Shown: piece by piece, positions 57,509-64,000 of the stretch
How the letters are laid out: every line of letters begins with the position of its first letter
Numbering within the stretch: position 1 is the stretch's first letter
NCBI GenBank assembly: GCA_041658285.1
Contig: JBBAAP010000011.1
Coordinates: 3,308 to 67,307, forward strand
DNA length: 64,000 bases
Source: Candidatus Brocadiia bacterium
Lineage (GTDB): Bacteria > Planctomycetota > MHYJ01 > JACQXL01
Direction of reading: 5' to 3'
The notes under the pieces: generated by a model
Database searches by the model: none
Told to the model about the DNA's origin: nothing
The model's input: only the letters and a program-made list of their open reading frames with translations
Translations under genes and position numbers: made by a program

Positions 57509-58711
57509 TTATTTCAGGAGCGCCTCTATTTTGGACCTGAGCACCGATTCTTCCTGGTAGCCGACCAGGTATTCGCGCACCTTGCCTTCCTTGTCGATGA
57601 TAACCAGTGTCGGGAAGGCCGTGATACGGTAGCTCCGGCAGGCCGAGCCGTCGTCGGTTAAGGTGGTGAACGAATATTTGTTCTCCTTAACGAACTGGAT
57701 GGGTTTCTCGGGCGGTTCGTTATTGACGCCGAATACGGCCAGGCCTTTGGCCTTGAGCTCGTCGTTAAGTTTCTGGATATGGGGCAGTTCTTTGCGGCAG
57801 GGCGGGCACCAGGTGGCCCAGAAATCCAGCAGGACGACCTTGCCCCGGTAATCCTTGAGCGATACCTTGGCGCCTTCGAGCGAGACCAGCGCTAGGTCCG
57901 GAGCCGGCTGGCCGACCAGGTCGCCGCCTTCTTCCTTTTTAAACTCCTTGACCAGCTTGGCGTCCTTGGGTGGGCTGAAGGCGAACGCGTTAGCCGCTAT
58001 GGGTTGGTTGACCTGGCGGTTTGAATAGGTGATGTCTATGGTCACGCGCTGGCTGATTGGACGGCCGTTGCTGTCGGTCGTATCTTTAAGCATATTGGTC
58101 AGGTAACGGTGCAGCAGGCTGTCTTCCTTGCCCAGCCAGATGCGGGCGGTCACTCGGTCCCAGGCCTCGGGCGATTTCTCGATTTGGTCTTCGACCTCGA
58201 TGACGTCTAATTCCTTGCCGTCAATCTTGTCGGTGCCGGAGTACCTGAGCGATTTGGTCACTTTGATAAATTCGCCGTAGTAGTTCTCGGTAAAGATATG
58301 CTCCACGGACGGGTCCAGGCTGGCCCACTGCTTGATGTCGCTCATATTTATCTGGGCCGGCGCGGGCTCGACCGTATACTGGCCGTAATCGGAGATGTAT
58401 TTCAGGAGCGTCTTGCCGTCCGAGACGAACTCGGTCCGGCCCGAATCGTTGGCCCGGGTCAGCCGGACCATATTGGGGCGGCTGATGATGGCGTTGTTGG
58501 TTACCTTGTCGGTGCGCTTCTGGCCGGACTGCTCCTGGGTTATTTGCACCGTGGCCGTGCCCTGGTATGATTTCAGCTCACGGTAGGTCTGGAACATCTT
58601 CTTGAGGATGGCGTCGGCCTTGGGGTCGATGTTCGGCTTGGCGTCTTCGGCCTGAACCATAGCGGCGATGAAACACACGGCCAATAGCGCGGCTACCAGC
58701 AGTTTCTTCAT
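57509..58711 (-). CDS. periplasmic two-domain protein: N-terminal LolA-like/uncharacterised domain plus C-terminal TlpA-like thioredoxin (WCPPC)
   Basis: 400 aa with signal peptide. VVLLDFWATWCPPCRKELPHI thiol-disulfide oxidoreductase motif. Confidence 0.7.
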   Translation of the reverse strand: MKKLLVAALLAVCFIAAMVQAEDAKPNIDPKADAILKKMFQTYRELKSYQGTATVQITQEQSGQKRTDKVTNNAIISRPNMVRLTRANDSGRTEFVSDGKTLLKYISDYGQYTVEPAPAQINMSDIKQWASLDPSVEHIFTENYYGEFIKVTKSLRYSGTDKIDGKELDVIEVEDQIEKSPEAWDRVTARIWLGKEDSLLHRYLTNMLKDTTDSNGRPISQRVTIDITYSNRQVNQPIAANAFAFSPPKDAKLVKEFKKEEGGDLVGQPAPDLALVSLEGAKVSLKDYRGKVVLLDFWATWCPPCRKELPHIQKLNDELKAKGLAVFGVNNEPPEKPIQFVKENKYSFTTLTDDGSACRSYRITAFPTLVIIDKEGKVREYLVGYQEESVLRSKIEALLK

Positions 58712-58738
58712 ATAATTTCCTCTCTAATCAGCGTAATA

Positions 58739-59209
58739 CTATTTCTTTAACTCGGCGCACACCTTTTCCAGCGAGCGCGAGATGACCTTGTGTCCGGAGA
58801 GGGCGGGCATGAAGTTGGTGTCGCCCTGCCAGCGGGGCACCAGGTGGATATGCACGTGCGAGAGCAGCCCGGCGCCGGCGTCGGCCCCGATGTTGATGCC
58901 GATGTTGAACCCGTCCGGCTTCATGCATTTCTTTATCCGTTTTTTCATCTCCACGGTCAGCGCCATCATCTCGCTGATTTCGGCCGGGGTAAGGTTGTCG
59001 ATGTCGGGCTTATGGGCGATGGGGCAGATGAGCAGGTGCCCGGCGTTATAAGGGAACTTGTTCATTATGACGAAGGCCAGCTTGCCTTTCTTGATGACTA
59101 GATTCTTCTTGTCCGTTTTCTTGATGGCATCGCACAGGAAACAGCGGGTGCGGTGCGCCGGTTTGACGTTGATGTAGCCGCTGCGCCAGGGCGCCCAGAG
59201 GTGTTTCAT
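58739..59209 (-). CDS. HIT-family (histidine triad) hydrolase
   Basis: Start re-called at MKHLWAP (RBS AGGAGTC upstream; the ORF track extends to 59308). HVHIHLVPRW histidine triad. Confidence 0.8.
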   Translation of the reverse strand: MKHLWAPWRSGYINVKPAHRTRCFLCDAIKKTDKKNLVIKKGKLAFVIMNKFPYNAGHLLICPIAHKPDIDNLTPAEISEMMALTVEMKKRIKKCMKPDGFNIGINIGADAGAGLLSHVHIHLVPRWQGDTNFMPALSGHKVISRSLEKVCAELKK

Positions 59210-59219
59210 ATCTGACTCC

Positions 59220-59459
59220 TTATCCGCAAGACGAACAACTGCCCGAGCCGCAGGAACCGCAGGAGGACTTGCCGTGTCCGCCTGAGGACGGTACCGCAGA
59301 CGAATCACCCGAACCGCCCATCCTGAAGCTTGATAATTGCTTGGTCACCTTATGGTTTTTGCAGTGCGGGCAGGCCAGGTTCTTTTCATCGGCCGGCGAG
59401 CGGATGAGCAACTCGAATATCTTCTTGCACTTGGCGCATTCAAATTCGTATAATGGCAT
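59220..59459 (-). CDS. FmdB-family zinc-ribbon protein
   Basis: 79 aa. MPLYEFECAKCKK...CPHCK plus Gly/Ser/Cys-rich tail. Confidence 0.8.
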   Translation of the reverse strand: MPLYEFECAKCKKIFELLIRSPADEKNLACPHCKNHKVTKQLSSFRMGGSGDSSAVPSSGGHGKSSCGSCGSGSCSSCG

Positions 59460-59462
59460 ATA

Positions 59463-60005
59463 TTATGGCAGATAGCTCATGGGGTTGACCGGTTGTTCAT
59501 TGTGAAACAGCCGGAAGTGCAGTTCGGGCGTTTCAGCCCGGCCGGTCTGTCCGGCCTTGGCGATGATGTCTCCCTGCTTGACTACCTGGTTTAGCTGGAC
59601 CAGTATTTCCGAGTTATAGGCGTAGACCGAGACGAAACCGTCCGTGTGTTTGATATTGATGATTTTGCCGTAGCCCTCAAAACGCTCGGAGACGAAACTG
59701 ACCACGCCGCTTTTGACGGCCTTGACCGGCTCGCCGGCCTTGGCCTTGATGTTGATGCCGCCCGTGCCCATGTTGTTCAGTACCGTATTCTTTATGGGCC
59801 AGATGAATCCGGATTCCGAGACCAGGTTTTCGGGAATCTTGATTTCGGTATCGTCCGGGTTGGCGCTGGCCGGTTTGGTGCTGATGATGGATTCGAGTTC
59901 GCTGTTCAGGCGCGCTTCCTCATCGCCGGGCAGGCGGGGAACGGTGGCGCAACCGGTCAGCACCAGGATGGATATTGCAACGGTCAACATACGGATATTA
60001 CGCAT
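59463..60005 (-). CDS. M23-family peptidoglycan metalloendopeptidase lipoprotein
   Basis: Start re-called at MRNIRMLTVAISILVLTGC (lipobox). GINIKAKAGEPVKAVKSGVV ... HTDGFVSVYAY...GQTGRAETPELHFRL M23 core. Confidence 0.8.
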   Translation of the reverse strand: MRNIRMLTVAISILVLTGCATVPRLPGDEEARLNSELESIISTKPASANPDDTEIKIPENLVSESGFIWPIKNTVLNNMGTGGINIKAKAGEPVKAVKSGVVSFVSERFEGYGKIINIKHTDGFVSVYAYNSEILVQLNQVVKQGDIIAKAGQTGRAETPELHFRLFHNEQPVNPMSYLP

Positions 60006-60055
60006 AATTTCTTTCCGATCCTTCTGCGCCATCGGCGCCATCAGGATCTAACTGC

Positions 60056-60085
60056 CGGTAATTCACTTCGTTCAAACCGGCAGTA
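60056..60085. repeat. hairpin CTGCCGGTAATTCACTTCGTTCAAACCGGCAG immediately 3' of tRNA-Gly
   Basis: Loop is identical in sequence to the 37860-37880 element. Possible tRNA 3' processing or terminator structure. Confidence 0.5.
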
Positions 60086-60090
60086 AAGAG

Positions 60091-60162
60091 AGCGGGCGAT
60101 GGGATTCGAACCCACGGCGACCAGCTTGGGAAGCTAGCATTCTACCGCTGAATTACGCCCGC
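60091..60162 (-). tRNA. tRNA-Gly (anticodon CCC)
   Basis: Manual fold of the reverse complement: acceptor GCGGGCG/CGCCCGC, D-arm ATTC-AGCGGTA-GAAT, anticodon stem CTAGC/GCTGG with loop TTCCCAA, T-arm GTGGG-TTCGAAT-CCCAT. Confidence 0.8.
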
Positions 60163-60291
60163 CTGTTCCACCAGGCCAGAATATGTAATCAGCGCCCATT
60201 TGTCAATAATTTGTTGACAGGAAATATAATTTTCATATAGTCAATAGGTTGGTATTTAACCGATTTCTAATAATTAGTATAGGAGGAAACA

Positions 60292-61074
60292 ATGACTGAT
60301 GTCTTATTGAAGGATTTAGTGGAAAGCGGGGCGCATTTTGGGCATAAAGTAAGCCTGTGGAACCCCAAGATGAAGCAATATATTTACGGTTCCAAGAAGC
60401 GGATTCATATCATCGACGTGCGCGAGACCGTCAAGGGCATGGTCAATGCGGCGCATCTGTTGAAACGGATAGTCCAGAAGGGCGGCGAGGCCATTATTGT
60501 TGGAATCAAGCGCCAGGCCCAGCATATCGTAAAAAGCGAAGCCACCCGTTGCGGGATGCATTACGCCAGCGACCGCTGGATCGGCGGAACGCTTACTAAT
60601 TTCGATACCATCAGGCTGCAGATCAGGAAGCTGTTTGAGATGGAGAAGAAAGCGACGGACGGCACTTTATCGCTTTATAAGAAGAAAGAACAGGTCGTAT
60701 TCCGCCGTGAGCTGGAAAGGCTTAGGATTAATCTGGGCGGTATCCGGAATATAACCAGGCTGCCGGCCGTGCTGGTAGCCGTTGATTATAAGAAGAGCAA
60801 GCTGGCCATCAAGGAGGCTCAGAAGATAGGTATCCCGTCAATCTGCCTGATAGATACCGACGGCGATCCTTCTGATGTGACGCTGGCTATTCCGATAAAT
60901 GACGACGGCACCAGGAGCATTCAGATAGTCATATCCTACCTGGCTAACGCCATCATTGAGGCCAAGAGCAAGATGGAAGTCAAGCCGTTGGAAGGCAAGA
61001 ACGCACCGGTAAAGGCGGTCAAGGTGATTGCCAAGGCCCATACCGCTGCTAAGCCGGAAAAAGCAAAAGGCTAA
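60292..61074 (+). CDS. rpsB: 30S ribosomal protein S2
   Basis: 260 aa. LLEAGAHFGH-type N-terminus (LVESGAHFGHK). Conserved gene order rpsB-tsf-pyrH-frr. Confidence 0.95.
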   Translation: MTDVLLKDLVESGAHFGHKVSLWNPKMKQYIYGSKKRIHIIDVRETVKGMVNAAHLLKRIVQKGGEAIIVGIKRQAQHIVKSEATRCGMHYASDRWIGGTLTNFDTIRLQIRKLFEMEKKATDGTLSLYKKKEQVVFRRELERLRINLGGIRNITRLPAVLVAVDYKKSKLAIKEAQKIGIPSICLIDTDGDPSDVTLAIPINDDGTRSIQIVISYLANAIIEAKSKMEVKPLEGKNAPVKAVKVIAKAHTAAKPEKAKG

Positions 61075-61126
61075 ATTCACAGGGTGCGGGATTGAGTTTG
61101 AGTATTAGAAAGAATGAGAGGATATC

Positions 61127-61729
61127 ATGCCAGAGAATATCAGCACAAAAGATGTCAAAGAACTGAGGGATAAAACCGGCGCCGGTATCATGGAATGCAA
61201 TAACGCTTTGCGCGAGTGCAAAGGCGATGTGACCAAGGCTTCTGAGTGGCTTAAAAGGAAGGGCTTGGTCAATGCCGATAAGAAAAAAGACCGGGTTACC
61301 AAATCAGGATATATCGGGTCTTATATCCACGCTAACGGTAAAATCGGAGTCCTGATTGAAGTCGCCTGTGAATCTGATTTCGTGGCCAAGAACGAGAAGT
61401 TCCAGGAAATGATAAAAGAGCTTTGCCTGCAGATCACGGCCATGTCGCCGGTGGTTGTTTCCCGCGAGGATTTATCCCAGGAGATGCTCCAGAAGGAGCG
61501 TGAGTTCTACGCCCAGGAAATGAAAGGCAAGCCGCCGCAAATGGTGGAGAAGATAGTCGAAGGGAAATTGGAAAAGCTTTTCTATAACCAGAAATGTCTT
61601 TTGGAGCAGCCTTACGTCAAGGACGATAAGATAAAGATAATCGACCTTGTTAAGAACTGCATTTCGCAGTTCGGGGAAAATATTGTTGTTAAACGTTTTG
61701 TCCGCTTTGAACTTGGCAAATACGAATAA
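61127..61729 (+). CDS. tsf: elongation factor Ts
   Basis: 200 aa. VKELRDKTGAGIMECNNALRECKGD UBA-like N-terminus of EF-Ts. Confidence 0.95.
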   Translation: MPENISTKDVKELRDKTGAGIMECNNALRECKGDVTKASEWLKRKGLVNADKKKDRVTKSGYIGSYIHANGKIGVLIEVACESDFVAKNEKFQEMIKELCLQITAMSPVVVSREDLSQEMLQKEREFYAQEMKGKPPQMVEKIVEGKLEKLFYNQKCLLEQPYVKDDKIKIIDLVKNCISQFGENIVVKRFVRFELGKYE

Positions 61730-62442
61730 TGCAAAAAGTCAAATACCAGCGGGTTGTTCTTAAGATCAGCGGCGAGAGCTTTTGCCGGCCCAACGTCGGT
61801 GGTATTGATGTCGGTGTTTCCGGATTCATAGCGGATGAGATCAAGGCCGCGGCCCAGTTGGGCACCCAGTTGGCCGTGGTTGTGGGCGGCGGCAATATCG
61901 TCCGGGGCAAGCAATTCGAGAAGTTAGGCATTAACATCGCCACGGCTGATTATATGGGCATGGTAGCCACGGTCGTCAACGCTCTGGCCCTTCAGGATAT
62001 TCTTGAAAAGAAGGGCGCTCAAACCAGATTGATGACGGCTATCCCGATGGAAGCGGTGGCCGAACCTTTTATCCGCCGCAAGTGCATCCGCCATCTGGAA
62101 AAGGGGCGGGTGGTCATTCTGGCGGCCGGCACCGGCAATCCGCATTTCACCACGGATACGGCTGCGGCGCTCAGGTCAATCGAGATTAATGCCCAGGCAC
62201 TTCTCAAAGCCACTAAGGTTGACGGGGTTTATTCGGCCGACCCTAACATCAATAAGTCAGCCAGGAAATATACTCATCTTAATTACATGCAGGTTATAAA
62301 GAGCAAGTTACAGGTTATGGATTCCACCGCGGTGACCATGTGCATGGAAACCAAGATACCGGTGATAGTATTTAACCTTAAGAAAAAGGGGAATATCGTT
62401 CAGGCCATCAGGGGTGATAACGTCGGCACGATTATTTCCTGA
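61729..62442 (+). CDS. pyrH: UMP kinase
   Basis: 237 aa. YQRVVLKISGE, VVVGGGNIVRG motifs. Confidence 0.95.
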   Translation: MQKVKYQRVVLKISGESFCRPNVGGIDVGVSGFIADEIKAAAQLGTQLAVVVGGGNIVRGKQFEKLGINIATADYMGMVATVVNALALQDILEKKGAQTRLMTAIPMEAVAEPFIRRKCIRHLEKGRVVILAAGTGNPHFTTDTAAALRSIEINAQALLKATKVDGVYSADPNINKSARKYTHLNYMQVIKSKLQVMDSTAVTMCMETKIPVIVFNLKKKGNIVQAIRGDNVGTIIS

Positions 62443-62455
62443 TAGGAGCATTTTT

Positions 62456-63016
62456 ATGGTCTCTCAGCAGATTATGCAAAGCAATGAGCAGAAGATGGCC
62501 AAGGCTATCGAAGTGATGAGTAACGACTTTAAGGGCATCCGCAGCGGCCGGGCGACTCCGGCGCTAGTCGAGAATATCCGGGTTGATTATTACGGCGCGC
62601 CGACGCCGCTGAAGCAACTGGCCAATATTTCTATTCCTGAGGCGCGGTTGGTAATAATAAAACCGTATGACGCCTCGGTTCTCCAGACTGTGGAGAAAGC
62701 CATCCTTAAGTCAGATATCGGGATTACCCCGGCCAATGACGGGAAGATGATCCGGTTAGCCATCCCGCACCTGAGCGAGGATCGCCGGAAACAGCTGGGT
62801 AAGATGGCTAAGGATGCTTCGGAGAAAACTAAGATTAGCGTACGAAATGTCAGGCGCGAAGCTCTTCATCAGGTTGAAGAGGAAGAAAAGAAGAAGACTC
62901 TTACCGAGGATGATAAGTTTAGATTGAAGGAAGACCTCCAGAAGCTTACCGATAAGTACGAGAAGCAGATTGACGAGTTGTTAAGCAAGAAGACCAAGGA
63001 AATAATGGAAGTATGA
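62456..63016 (+). CDS. frr: ribosome recycling factor
   Basis: Start re-called at MVSQQIMQ (the ORF track starts at 62414). IRSGRATPALVENIRVDYYGAPTPLKQLANI signature. Confidence 0.9.
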   Translation: MVSQQIMQSNEQKMAKAIEVMSNDFKGIRSGRATPALVENIRVDYYGAPTPLKQLANISIPEARLVIIKPYDASVLQTVEKAILKSDIGITPANDGKMIRLAIPHLSEDRRKQLGKMAKDASEKTKISVRNVRREALHQVEEEEKKKTLTEDDKFRLKEDLQKLTDKYEKQIDELLSKKTKEIMEV

Positions 63017-64000
63017 CACAGCTGCAGATGGCCAATGCCAGCAAGATTACGGCTCAGATGGAAGCGGTAGCTAAAATCGAGTCGGTGGCGCCGTCTTATA
63101 TCAGGGATAAAATAAAAGAGGGGCATATCGTTCTTCTTTCCAATAATCTTCGTTGGACCGGAAAATCAAACATTCCTCAAAGGATAATCTGCGGTGTTGG
63201 TGAAGGCCTGCGCACCAAAGTAAACGCTAATATCGGCACGTCTTCGCATGGCATTGACGAGAAGGCGGAAATAAAGAAGCTTAAAGCATCCGAGGAATCC
63301 GGCGCCGATACGGTTATGGATCTTTCAACCGGCGGGGATCTTAAGAAGATTAGGGAATCCGTGATCAGGTCTAGTCGAATACCGGTCGGTACCGTGCCGG
63401 TTTACGAAGCGGTGGTAAGACGGGCATCAAACAAAGACCGAAAGGACCTGCTAGGCAAAATGACCGCGGACGATATATTTGACGCGGTTGAAGCGCATCT
63501 TAAATCAGGCGTTGATTTTATAACGGTTCACTGTGGCGTGACTCGTGATGTGGTTAAAGACTTGTCCGAAGACGGCCGGGTCGGCGGCATGGTTAGCCGG
63601 GGTGGTACTATGCTGACCGAGTGGATGAGGTTGCACCAGTCTGAAAATCCGCTCTATGCTGAATTTGACCGTTTACTGGATCTTACCAAAGCGTACGATG
63701 CGACGTTGAGCTTGGGTGACGGACTCAGGCCTGGTGCGCTGGCTGATGCATTTGACCGGGCTCAGGTTCATGAGCTGATGGTTCTGGCCGGATTGGCCCG
63801 ACGGGCCCGTGCGGCCGGAGTTCAGGTCATGATTGAAGGTCCGGGTCATGTGCCGCTTGATCAGATTCAGGCCCAGGTAAAACTGCAAAAGGAATTGTGC
63901 GATGGTGCGCCTTTTTACGTGCTCGGGCCGTTGGTTGTTGACAATGCTCCGGGTTATGACCATATAACTTCAGCCATAGGCGCCGCCTTAGCCGGATGGG
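63013..64000 (+). CDS. thiC: phosphomethylpyrimidine synthase, 5' partial (runs off the window)
   Basis: Not in the ORF track (no stop before the window end). Frame 1 from ATG 63013. Translation gives ...GTVPVYEAV..., HCGV, MVSRGG, LGDGLRPG, IEGPGHVP, LVVDNAPGYDHIT, which are ThiC radical-SAM HMP-P synthase signatures. The ATG overlaps the frr stop (ATGA). Confidence 0.8.
   Translation, partial: MTQLQMANASKITAQMEAVAKIESVAPSYIRDKIKEGHIVLLSNNLRWTGKSNIPQRIICGVGEGLRTKVNANIGTSSHGIDEKAEIKKLKASEESGADTVMDLSTGGDLKKIRESVIRSSRIPVGTVPVYEAVVRRASNKDRKDLLGKMTADDIFDAVEAHLKSGVDFITVHCGVTRDVVKDLSEDGRVGGMVSRGGTMLTEWMRLHQSENPLYAEFDRLLDLTKAYDATLSLGDGLRPGALADAFDRAQVHELMVLAGLARRARAAGVQVMIEGPGHVPLDQIQAQVKLQKELCDGAPFYVLGPLVVDNAPGYDHITSAIGAALAGW

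Noticed and set aside
62414-62455. Upstream extension of frr (MITSARLFPDRSIF) given by the ORF track
   Set aside because: It overlaps the pyrH 3' end. The conserved RRF N-terminus begins at MVSQQIMQ (ATG 62456).

Overview
This 64-kb window is chromosomal DNA from a probably uncultivated Gram-negative bacterium. GC content is roughly 50% with clearly AT-richer islands. The gene content (SBBP and Kelch beta-propellers, PBS-lyase/HEAT repeat proteins, a secretin, LarC, ADP-forming acetyl-CoA synthetase) suggests a PVC/Omnitrophota-like lineage, but this is not proven.

Housekeeping genes I recognise: wecB, holA, radC, gatC, larC, tRNA-Gln, tRNA-Gly, an EF-G paralog, an ADP-forming acetyl-CoA synthetase, an OmpA-like lipoprotein, an LpxL-like acyltransferase, a NifU-like protein, cutA, a HIT protein, an FmdB zinc ribbon, an M23 peptidase, the rpsB-tsf-pyrH-frr operon, and a 5' partial thiC that overlaps the frr stop codon.

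Accessory content:
- An arsenic/thiol-disulfide cluster: arsR, an ArsP-like permease, a Cys-rich protein, two thioredoxins, ccdA and acr3.
- An AT-rich island with a lipoprotein, an SBBP protein, a 1373-aa GspK-like pseudopilin fused to a LamG adhesin, a membrane protein, a GspD/PilQ-type secretin and a Kelch lipoprotein.
- A compact operon of two paralogous secreted HEAT-repeat proteins, a small periplasmic protein, a NapH/NosR-like polyferredoxin membrane protein, a NicO/RcnA-like Ni/Co transporter with an extra N-terminal domain, and a HEAT plus terpene-cyclase-like (QW-motif) protein. It is followed by an ArsR-like gene, a TolC-like outer-membrane factor, an RND pump (no adaptor gene) and a DsrE-like gene.

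The most unusual signals are non-coding:
1. Four loci carry long arrays of degenerate 21-22-bp direct tandem repeats. Three are preceded by G-run/C-run palindromes (GGGGGGGATACCCCCCC-type). Two loci (2.4-2.9 kb and 53.8-54.5 kb) share about 270 bp of roughly 90% identical array sequence.
2. A small two-hairpin palindromic element, 81 bp long, is inserted in-frame inside an Old-Yellow-Enzyme gene, adding a 27-aa loop. Related copies lie in two intergenic regions.
3. Two further dispersed inverted-repeat motif families occur: GTGCCAGTA...TACTGGCAC and ACCACGAA...TTCGTGGT.
4. A signal-peptidase-I paralog has both catalytic residues substituted (Ser to Gly, Lys to Arg) and carries a duplicated N-terminal membrane motif.
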